The notes under the pieces were generated by a model. The model did not search any database, was not told where the DNA came from, and worked only from the letters and a program-made list of their open reading frames with translations. A stretch of 64,000 nucleotides of DNA from Bacteroidota bacterium (GTDB lineage: Bacteria; Bacteroidota; Bacteroidia; Cytophagales; Cyclobacteriaceae), in NCBI GenBank assembly GCA_023428695.1, contig JAEYWY010000028.1, positions 389,125 to 453,124 of the forward strand, written 5' to 3'. Of this stretch, positions 1 through 9,603 are shown piece after piece. Made by a program: the position numbers and the translations under genes. Numbering within the stretch: the first letter of the stretch is position 1; the number at the start of each line of letters is the position of its first letter.

Positions 1-1
1 T

Positions 2-352
2 TTCAATGGCGCCACTATCCTGAAACCGGAAACGGTCAAACTCATGGCAACAAATCATTTGTCTGACAGTATTACAAGCCGGATGTGGTTGCCAAGCAAA
101 GGCCAGGTTGGTTTTGGAATTGACTTTGCGGTCAGACTTCGCCCCGCGCAATCAGGGGATGAGAACGTTGGTACTGTTGGTGAGTTTTTCTGGGACGGAG
201 CAGCAAGCACGTTGTTCTGGGTTGATCCGGAAAATAAACTTGCCGCTGTGTTGTTCGTGCAGATTTTTCCGTTTGATCGCAAACTTCACAAAGCTTTCCG
301 CGACGCCATATACGGCCCGTACACGGAAGGCGGACCGGTCGCCGGGAAATGA
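2..352 (+). CDS. serine hydrolase / beta-lactamase-family protein, C-terminal fragment (5' end lies outside the window)
   Basis: Frame 2 is open from the window edge to the stop at 350-352. The tail GEFFWDGAASTLFWVDPENKLAAVLFVQIFPFD is the typical C-terminal block of class-C beta-lactamase-related esterases. Confidence 0.7.
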   Translation, partial: FNGATILKPETVKLMATNHLSDSITSRMWLPSKGQVGFGIDFAVRLRPAQSGDENVGTVGEFFWDGAASTLFWVDPENKLAAVLFVQIFPFDRKLHKAFRDAIYGPYTEGGPVAGK

Positions 353-453
353 TCGTTGCCTTTTTTGTATCCTGACAAAGATGCATATGCACTGATGGCA
401 TTGCGACCAAGTGCGTACACTCTAATCTTTGAATCTGCATAACAGAAAGCGCT

Positions 454-1110
454 ATGGCATTCATAAGAACTGTAATTTGTCCGTTGCTCCTCCTGTTTAT
501 TACTACAGGAACCAATGCACAGGATATCCTGAAGGAAAAACCAGGAGACAGTGCACTCGATAAACAGGTCAAAGCATTTCTGCGTAGTCATAAGGGGAAA
601 TGGCACGACCTCAACATACCTTTATCCGATGGTGAACTATTATACAACGTCATCATTAAGAACGGTTACAAACAGGGTCTTGAGATCGGAACTTCCACCG
701 GGCACTCGGCACTCTGGATTGCATGGGCTTTTAGTAAGACCGGTGGCAGGCTTATCACGCTTGAAATTGATCCGTCCCGACATAAAGAAGCGTTGGCTAA
801 CTTCAAGGAAGCAGGTTTGTCCGAATATATCGACGCGCGCCTCGGCGATGCTCACGAACTTACGAAAGAGTTGAAAGGTCCATTTGATTTTGTATTCAGC
901 GACGCCGACAAGGGCTGGTACATTAATTACTTCAAGGCTGTCTCTCCAAATCTGAAAAAAGGCGGATGCTTTGCCGCACATAACGTGTACTCGCATGGCA
1001 GAGGCATCGCCGGCACAAAAGAATACCTTGAATATGTAAAGGGTCTTGCGGACTATACCACAACCGTTGATGATTCAGGGGGCGGTATAGCATTTAGTTA
1101 TAAGCGGTGA
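454..1110 (+). CDS. class I SAM-dependent O-methyltransferase (family 3, caffeoyl-CoA OMT-like) with a hydrophobic N-terminal leader
   Basis: ATG at 454. Leader MAFIRTVICPLLLLFITTGTNAQ. SAM-binding block GLEIGTSTGHSALWIAW and acidic block FDFVFSDADK. Confidence 0.8.
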   Translation: MAFIRTVICPLLLLFITTGTNAQDILKEKPGDSALDKQVKAFLRSHKGKWHDLNIPLSDGELLYNVIIKNGYKQGLEIGTSTGHSALWIAWAFSKTGGRLITLEIDPSRHKEALANFKEAGLSEYIDARLGDAHELTKELKGPFDFVFSDADKGWYINYFKAVSPNLKKGGCFAAHNVYSHGRGIAGTKEYLEYVKGLADYTTTVDDSGGGIAFSYKR

Positions 1111-1125
1111 TTGAGTAACGCTGCC

Positions 1126-1965
1126 TCACTCCCAGCCCGTCTTCTTCAGCGCCGGATCATTCTCTTTCCTGAGGAAGTCAGCTTTGGATAACGACTCCAC
1201 CTCCCAACTGAGGATTGCCTCGTCGGGTACGATATCAACAGGAACCTTCCAGTTTGCAGAAGTTTCATTGTAGGCCAGATTTGATTGAGAGCAGTAACAC
1301 GAAATAATCGACCACCGTGGATGATCAGAGAGGTTTGCTTCCGAACGATGTATTAGGTTGCTGTGAAAGAACAGCGCGTCACCGGGTTCCAGCTCACAGT
1401 ATACGAGTTCCATCGTCTTCAGCGCATTCTCAACCATTACCATATCAGCACCGACCTGTTCACCGGCAAAGCCGTGATTCACGCGGCCAAGATGGTGTGA
1501 ACCTTTTATTACCTGAAGGCAACCATTTTCACGATTGGCCGCTGTAAGCGCAACCATCACGCTCATCATCTGATCAGGGAACATGAATTGGTTCTTGTAC
1601 CAGTATCCATAGTCCTGGTGCCACTCCCACGCTCCGCCTACACGCGGTTCCTTTTGCATGAGTTTGGAATGAAAATGACATACAGGGGAATCGCTTTTCA
1701 GGAGTTGACCCACGGAATACGCCATTCGTTCGGAGCGGGTCAGATAGCCAAAGACGTCGTTGCCGGGAGTGAACCACAATGTGAGCCGGGTCTTCTTGCC
1801 GGTTTGGTCATTGAGGTCCAACGCGTTCCTACGCATCGCGTCGTCGTCAAGGGCCACGGAATAAAGCCGATCGATTTCTTCCGAACTGCAAAAACCTTTT
1901 ACGAGGAGATAGCCATCCCTGTTGTAGTCATGGATCTGTTGATCTGTTAGCCGCTTCGTTGACAT
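1126..1965 (-). CDS. phytanoyl-CoA dioxygenase (PhyH) family Fe(II)/2-oxoglutarate oxygenase
   Basis: ATG at 1965. Contains DGYLLVKGF, WHQDYGYW (HxD of the facial triad), GSHHLG and LFFHSNLIHRSEAN (distal His/Arg). Confidence 0.8.
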   Translation of the reverse strand: MSTKRLTDQQIHDYNRDGYLLVKGFCSSEEIDRLYSVALDDDAMRRNALDLNDQTGKKTRLTLWFTPGNDVFGYLTRSERMAYSVGQLLKSDSPVCHFHSKLMQKEPRVGGAWEWHQDYGYWYKNQFMFPDQMMSVMVALTAANRENGCLQVIKGSHHLGRVNHGFAGEQVGADMVMVENALKTMELVYCELEPGDALFFHSNLIHRSEANLSDHPRWSIISCYCSQSNLAYNETSANWKVPVDIVPDEAILSWEVESLSKADFLRKENDPALKKTGWE

Positions 1966-2042
1966 GAGTGAGGTGGGTACAGGGAAGACGTTGTACCCAA
2001 TGAATAAAGCTAATGCTTTTTCAAGAGTGTCTCAAGCATTCT

Positions 2043-2078
2043 CACAGAAAGCACAGAAGTCACAGAGAAAGCACAGAT
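2043..2078. repeat. degenerate purine-rich CACAGA/AAGCACAG tandem motif in an intergenic spacer
   Basis: cacagaaagcacagaagtcacagagaaagcacagat, read directly. It has the same rhythm as the caccgcgaaggcgcgaagacgcaacggagcgcaaag element at 12194-12229. Confidence 0.4.
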
Positions 2079-2164
2079 GATTAGTATTTACCGGAAGCTT
2101 TGATGCGAACTCAGTGGGACAACATGGGACCTGGTTCTCAAAAACACAGAAGAAGGCGCTGATG

Positions 2165-2839
2165 TTAACCCATTCTAAAATTGACAGGGAGAACCATTTT
2201 CTGACGGACGGTTCTGCCACGTTGTTTTGCGGGAGTCCACTTAGGGGCACCGGAGATAACACGGACAGCTTCTTCGTCACAACCAGCACCGATACCCTTT
2301 AGTGTTCTTACACCCGTGATGGAGCCATCTTTCTCAACGACGAACTCGACATAGACTTTTCCTTCGATCTGCATGCGGCGCGCCTGATTCGGGTACAGCA
2401 TCGTTTTGGCGATGTAGGCATAAAATGCGTCCATACCTCCCTTCGGCATCGCGGATTCCTCCACGATTGTGAACACAGTATTCGGATCTTCTTCTTCGAT
2501 CTCAATCGTGACAGGATCGAGGACACTGCTGACGTCTGTCTCGGTAGTCTCCATATCCATGTCGATAATTATCTTTTCTTCAATGATTTTCTCATCGGGA
2601 ACTTCGACGATTTGTGGCTGCTCCAACTTTGGTTGAGGTGGACGTTGTTCCGTAACCGGCACGTCTACCAATTCATCGACAAAAGTGTGCGCATTGGTAA
2701 GATCGGACTTATGATCCGTGATTTTGGTTTTGAATGAAAAAGCGGCAATAGTCAGCGACAGCGATGTCACCAGGCCGATGTTAAAAAAAAGAAATGATTT
2801 CCTTGTCAGGTCTGCCCTGACGGTCTTCTTCGGTTCCAT
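2165..2839 (-). CDS. TonB-family energy transducer
   Basis: The track ORF begins at a TTG (2863); the first ATG (MEPKK) is at 2839. It has a single TM (FLFFNIGLVTSLSLTIAAF), a Pro/Glu-rich spacer (QRPPQPKLEQPQIVEVPDEK) and a C-terminal TonB domain (IEGKVYVEFVVEKDGSITGVRTLKGIGAGCDEEAVRVI). Confidence 0.8.
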   Translation of the reverse strand: MEPKKTVRADLTRKSFLFFNIGLVTSLSLTIAAFSFKTKITDHKSDLTNAHTFVDELVDVPVTEQRPPQPKLEQPQIVEVPDEKIIEEKIIIDMDMETTETDVSSVLDPVTIEIEEEDPNTVFTIVEESAMPKGGMDAFYAYIAKTMLYPNQARRMQIEGKVYVEFVVEKDGSITGVRTLKGIGAGCDEEAVRVISGAPKWTPAKQRGRTVRQKMVLPVNFRMG

Positions 2840-2969
2840 ACAGTTTCGGTTTAATTCTTTCAAGCCCGCAGGACGCGAGACTTTCTCGAATAGTGGTGAT
2901 AACGGAAATCATTGTCCTATGGTTTTGCGTGTCTTATCTTTTTTTTCAAAACGACGCAGCCTGGCAGAT

Positions 2970-2984
2970 ATAGACAAATGCTAT
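2970..2984 (+). promoter_or_regulatory. candidate OxyR-type half operator (ATAG-N7-CTAT) upstream of katG
   Basis: atagacaaatgctat lies 137-151 nt upstream of the katG ATG. The next half (ataaagaatattgat) is only a weak match. Confidence 0.3.
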
Positions 2985-3027
2985 ATCATCATAAAGAATA
3001 TTGATTTGATTTATATCCATGCTATAG

Positions 3028-5412
<2,385 letters not shown>

Positions 5413-5436
5413 AAATAAGTTGACTTATAAAATAAG

Positions 5437-5464
5437 AAACCAGCCAGACCGGCTGGTTTTTTTT
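5437..5464. terminator. bidirectional rho-independent terminator between katG and the convergent esterase gene
   Basis: Perfect 9-bp stem aaaccagcc / ggctggttt with loop agacc. An A-run sits on the left and a T8 run on the right, 25 nt after the katG stop. Confidence 0.85.
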
Positions 5465-5485
5465 ATTATCGAAATAGCGTGGCAC

Positions 5486-7096
5486 TTATTTCTTCCTTTG
5501 CGCGAACATCCATTCGAGGAATGCAGGCTCGGCAAATGCATTGTCCCAACTATTATGATTAACACCCGGGTATTCGGTATATTTCACTTTTGCGCCGACT
5601 GATTTAAGTTTTTGCACCATGTCACGGGAGAGCCGGACGTCGACGATGGCGTCAACGCTTCCGTGGAAGATCCAGAAAGGTGTGCGACGAACTCGCTTGT
5701 CGTACGCCTTTGTATCCGCCCCGCCACAGATCGGAAGTGCCGCCGCGTAACGTTCGGGGTACCGGTACACAGACTCAAATGTTCCCATGCCCCCCATCGA
5801 TAATCCTGTTATGTAGATCTTCGACTTATCAACAGCTTCCTCATCCGCAAGTTTTGCAACAAGTTCATTGGCTGCCGCCAAGGGCCATTGCGCATCACCG
5901 GAATAATCGAGATCAATTTTAAATGGCGTAACCGACCTGTCAATCTTCGCAGAAGCCCAGTACGAGTCACCGGGACATTGGGGCACTACTACAATGGCCG
6001 GATACTTTTGACGGATATCCTTCTCAAGAAACAGGCGTGCACCATGAACAAGTTGTTTCTCGTTGTCGTTTCCGCGTTCACCCCCACCGTGAAGCAAAAG
6101 AATCAGCGGGTACTTTTTGGTTTTGTCATAGTTTTCCGGGAACAAAATCCGATAAGGAAGGTAATTTCCGGCAGACTCGAATGTTCCGTACTCATACGGG
6201 CGAAGTTCAGGATCAGGTGCTTTCATCAGGCCCTGAACACCCAACCAGTCTGCGAACCGTTCTATCCACTGATCCGTGGGCAAATTATTTCTGCGCATAC
6301 CGAATCCGTGATCACCACGTGCATACATGTGAAGCTCGGCATCTTTTTTCGCGTTGAGCCATGCTGAATACAGATCTGTACTGTGCGGCGCGAGTCCGAA
6401 GCCATCGTTGGTCGCGGCCAGCACAAAAAGCGGCGGAGCATCCTTTTTGATTTCTCCAATCATCTCCTTTGGAAAGAATGGATAAACGGGCGCACAAAAA
6501 TCAGGGCGGTCGTTCTGAGTATTGTTGAACAATGAACCTGCAGCGATGGTGCCTCCTGCTGAAAAGCCCATGATACCGACACGGTTTGGAAGCACATCGT
6601 ACTCTTTGGCATGTTGGCGAACGTATTCAATCGCAGTCCGACCATCCGAAATCGCCATGGGAATTACTTCATTGACAGCTTTATTAAATTCTTCTGAGCC
6701 CCATTTCCTCATCACTTCAGCTGTGGGTTCGTTGGTAAAGCTTCGTGCAAGCCGGTACTTTAATACGAAGCAGGTTACACCTTTTTTCGCCAGCCATTCC
6801 GCGACATGAAATCCTTCGCTGTCAATCGATAGCGCGTGAAAGGCACCGCCAGGGGCAATGATCAGCGCCGTACCGTTCGCCTTGCCTTTTTCAGGTTGAA
6901 CGACCGTGAGCGTTGGGGTGCTCACATTATAAACAACACGCGTGTTCCACGTATTGCTGTCGTTCACGGCTTCAGACCACGTCCAGTCTTCCGAGCCGGG
7001 TGCCTTCCCGTCATAAAGCTGTACAACCTTGTGTTGTGCGAATACTGACGAACCGCATAACGCCAGTAGTACTATCAAAAAACAGACTCTTTTCAT
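5486..7096 (-). CDS. secreted fusion of two alpha/beta-hydrolase esterase domains (fold-3 acetyl-esterase/lipase-like N-half; PHB-depolymerase/feruloyl-esterase-like C-half)
   Basis: ATG at 7096. Signal peptide MKRVCFLIVLLALCGSSVFAQ. N-half: IIAPGGAFH and nucleophile elbow GFSAGG. C-half: LILLLHGGGERG, GLSMGGMG, FHGSVDAIV. Confidence 0.8.
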   Translation of the reverse strand: MKRVCFLIVLLALCGSSVFAQHKVVQLYDGKAPGSEDWTWSEAVNDSNTWNTRVVYNVSTPTLTVVQPEKGKANGTALIIAPGGAFHALSIDSEGFHVAEWLAKKGVTCFVLKYRLARSFTNEPTAEVMRKWGSEEFNKAVNEVIPMAISDGRTAIEYVRQHAKEYDVLPNRVGIMGFSAGGTIAAGSLFNNTQNDRPDFCAPVYPFFPKEMIGEIKKDAPPLFVLAATNDGFGLAPHSTDLYSAWLNAKKDAELHMYARGDHGFGMRRNNLPTDQWIERFADWLGVQGLMKAPDPELRPYEYGTFESAGNYLPYRILFPENYDKTKKYPLILLLHGGGERGNDNEKQLVHGARLFLEKDIRQKYPAIVVVPQCPGDSYWASAKIDRSVTPFKIDLDYSGDAQWPLAAANELVAKLADEEAVDKSKIYITGLSMGGMGTFESVYRYPERYAAALPICGGADTKAYDKRVRRTPFWIFHGSVDAIVDVRLSRDMVQKLKSVGAKVKYTEYPGVNHNSWDNAFAEPAFLEWMFAQRKK

Positions 7097-7186
7097 ACGG
7101 GCTAATTTGTGTTGTTAGTTGAATACAATGCCACTGTACAAAGTTTTAGAGCGAGGATACCGGCATCGAAGGTCGGGCGGCTGATT

Positions 7187-8809
7187 CTACTGCGCCACCT
7201 TATCCAGGAAGTAATACCTCGCGTCATCGTACGGAACAGACTTCGACTCCGTGTCGATGATCATCACTGGAGGTTTCGTGTCCGCCGGTTTTGCGGCTTG
7301 CCATTCAGGCAGACCACCACCGTTTGGATTTCCTGTCTTGATAAAGTTGGCGAAGAAGTTCAGCATCGTTTCAGAGACTTTATAATCATCGGGTGTCCAC
7401 TCGAAATCTTTTACGAGATGAAGGTTCCCCATACAATACTCAATTTCGCATGCATGTGGCGCACCGATGGGCTCAGGCATTTTGAATCCACCTTGTTGTG
7501 TTCCTCCGGCAAGACCGGGAGTCAGTGACTTGTCAACCAGCGGCGGGCGCAGTTTGCTATACAAGTACCGGTACACGGGTTGTGAACTGTGCTTGCGGTG
7601 CAAATCAAACCACTTCCATGTGCTGTATGCGATGAAACGATCGGATGCAAGGTTCGTAGCAGCCCACTCCACTTCCTTCGGAGACCCATGCGGGTAGACT
7701 TTCAACGCTTCTTCCCAGTTGTTCGGGTAAGCTTCCTTCACCTTCTTAATCAGATTCTCTTCGGTGTACGGAAGACCTTGCATGAACGCCATGCCTGGTA
7801 TCTCGGCAGAATTCCATCCCAGAAGCAACGGTACCTGTGCCTGTTCACCTGCTTTGAAGATTTCTTCCATCCCCTTCGGATAGAAGTATCCGTCAATGGT
7901 TGGCGGGAAGCCAAAACGGCGGGATTCCTGGTAAGCAATGAAAAGCTCAAGCGTGCTTGCCGCCCTCATTTGAGCGACGGATTTAAAACCCGCCTTCGAA
8001 GCAAACTCCTGCCCTTGCTTTTCGCCTTCCGCCAGGGGTACGGCAGCCAAAGCGCTGATGCCTGAGCCGCTCTCACCAATGGCGCCTGCAATGAGATTTC
8101 GCGAAAGCGGAGAAACCATTTGCGCACTTACCGAAATTGAGCCCGCAGACTCGCCAGCGATGGTCACTTTCTTCGGATCACCACCAAACGCTTTTATGTT
8201 TTTGTTAACCCACTTCAGCGCGAGCGCCTGATCGAGCAGGCCCCAGTTTCCGGAACCTTTATATGAAGTCTCTTTACTTAATTCCGGATGAGCAAAAAAT
8301 CCAAAGAGGCCAAGGCGATAATTGACGGTCACCACAACAATTCCCTTTTTCGCCATGCTTGCACCGTCGTAACGCGGTTCTGAACCATCACCGGCGACAA
8401 ATCCGCCGCCATAAAAGTAAACCAGGACAGGCAACGCATCGGTACTCTTTGTTGATGGAGTCCAGACGTTCAGGTACAGGCAATCCTCACTAATTCCGTC
8501 AGACCGCGAGGTCATATCACCAAACACAATACCCTGCATGGGACGAGGTCCGAACTTCTTCGTTTGTTTGACGCCGGTCCAGTTCGCCGGTGGCTCCGGC
8601 GCTTTCCAGCGCAATGCTCCCACCGGCGGCTTTGCAAACGGAACCCCCAGGTAGACCTGCAGGTTCTGTTTGGTATCGTAAATACCTTCTATAATCCCGT
8701 TCTCAATTTTGGTCTGCACCGGAAAACCAAAGTCAGTCTGCGCTGTAACAATGCCGGTTCCCAGACACAGGAACAGCGCGCATCGGAGAATACATTTAAT
8801 GGCGTTCAT
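7187..8809 (-). CDS. type-B carboxylesterase (para-nitrobenzyl esterase-like), secreted
   Basis: ATG at 8809 with a signal peptide. Contains EDCLYLNVWTP, FYGGGF and nucleophile elbow GESAGS. Confidence 0.9.
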   Translation of the reverse strand: MNAIKCILRCALFLCLGTGIVTAQTDFGFPVQTKIENGIIEGIYDTKQNLQVYLGVPFAKPPVGALRWKAPEPPANWTGVKQTKKFGPRPMQGIVFGDMTSRSDGISEDCLYLNVWTPSTKSTDALPVLVYFYGGGFVAGDGSEPRYDGASMAKKGIVVVTVNYRLGLFGFFAHPELSKETSYKGSGNWGLLDQALALKWVNKNIKAFGGDPKKVTIAGESAGSISVSAQMVSPLSRNLIAGAIGESGSGISALAAVPLAEGEKQGQEFASKAGFKSVAQMRAASTLELFIAYQESRRFGFPPTIDGYFYPKGMEEIFKAGEQAQVPLLLGWNSAEIPGMAFMQGLPYTEENLIKKVKEAYPNNWEEALKVYPHGSPKEVEWAATNLASDRFIAYSTWKWFDLHRKHSSQPVYRYLYSKLRPPLVDKSLTPGLAGGTQQGGFKMPEPIGAPHACEIEYCMGNLHLVKDFEWTPDDYKVSETMLNFFANFIKTGNPNGGGLPEWQAAKPADTKPPVMIIDTESKSVPYDDARYYFLDKVAQ

Positions 8810-8811
8810 AC

Positions 8812-8840
8812 TATTATTGTCTCATTTTGTAACAATAATA
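8812..8840. promoter_or_regulatory. inverted repeat in the divergent esterase / Nudix-regulator promoter region
   Basis: tattattgt (8812-8820) and acaataata (8832-8840) are perfect 9-bp arms separated by an 11-nt spacer. Confidence 0.3.
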
Positions 8841-8894
8841 ACTACCATTTCCGAATAAAGCCATTGATTTATACTTTTATGCAAAATACTATCC

Positions 8895-9587
8895 ATGAAG
8901 GGGACTGATTTTTTGTCGCATATCGCCTATGATTCTGTGATTTTTGGGTTCTCGGGAAAAGAGCTCAAGATTCTTATCATGGAGTATCATAACACCGGTC
9001 TGTTCGCGCTTCCCGGCGGATTTGTACGCAAAGACGAGGACCTGGACCAGGCGGTGCGCAGAGGTCTCGCCGAACGGACGGGGCTCACATCAATTTACCT
9101 GGAGCAATTTCATACGTTTGGATCGATTTCGAGATACGATCCGGAAGTGATGGCGACACTCTTGCGCGCTAACGGTCATAATGCTGAAAAGGACTATCCC
9201 TGGATGTTGGAACGGTTCATATCTGTTGCGTATTACGCCTTGATTGATTACCGTGACGTCGTTCCGCGACCGGATGCGTTATCTGACTCGTGTGAATGGT
9301 ATTCCGTAAAGCGGATTCCAAAACTGATACTCGACCATAAAGACATTGTGAAGCGGGCTATACAAACGCTCCGTGAAAATCTTGACAGGAAACTCGTTGG
9401 TGGCAACCTGCTACCCAAACGTTTTACGATGAAAGAACTGCAACACGTTTACGAGGCAATTCACGGGACAAAACTTCGCCGGACATCATTCCAGCGGAAG
9501 ATGCTAGCGAAAGGCGTACTGAAACGTCACGGGAAACAATTTTCAGGCAAGGCTCATAAGGCCCCATACCTGTACAGTTTCAAATGA
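8895..9587 (+). CDS. Nudix-fold / winged-helix transcriptional regulator (NrtR-like)
   Basis: ATG at 8895. Degenerate Nudix box LPGGFVRKDEDLDQAVRRGLAERTGL. C-terminal wHTH-like tail FTMKELQHVYEAIHGTKLRRTSFQRKM. Paralog of the gene at 14268-15038. Confidence 0.7.
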   Translation: MKGTDFLSHIAYDSVIFGFSGKELKILIMEYHNTGLFALPGGFVRKDEDLDQAVRRGLAERTGLTSIYLEQFHTFGSISRYDPEVMATLLRANGHNAEKDYPWMLERFISVAYYALIDYRDVVPRPDALSDSCEWYSVKRIPKLILDHKDIVKRAIQTLRENLDRKLVGGNLLPKRFTMKELQHVYEAIHGTKLRRTSFQRKMLAKGVLKRHGKQFSGKAHKAPYLYSFK

Positions 9588-9603
9588 TGTTGCTTCAATC
9601 CTT

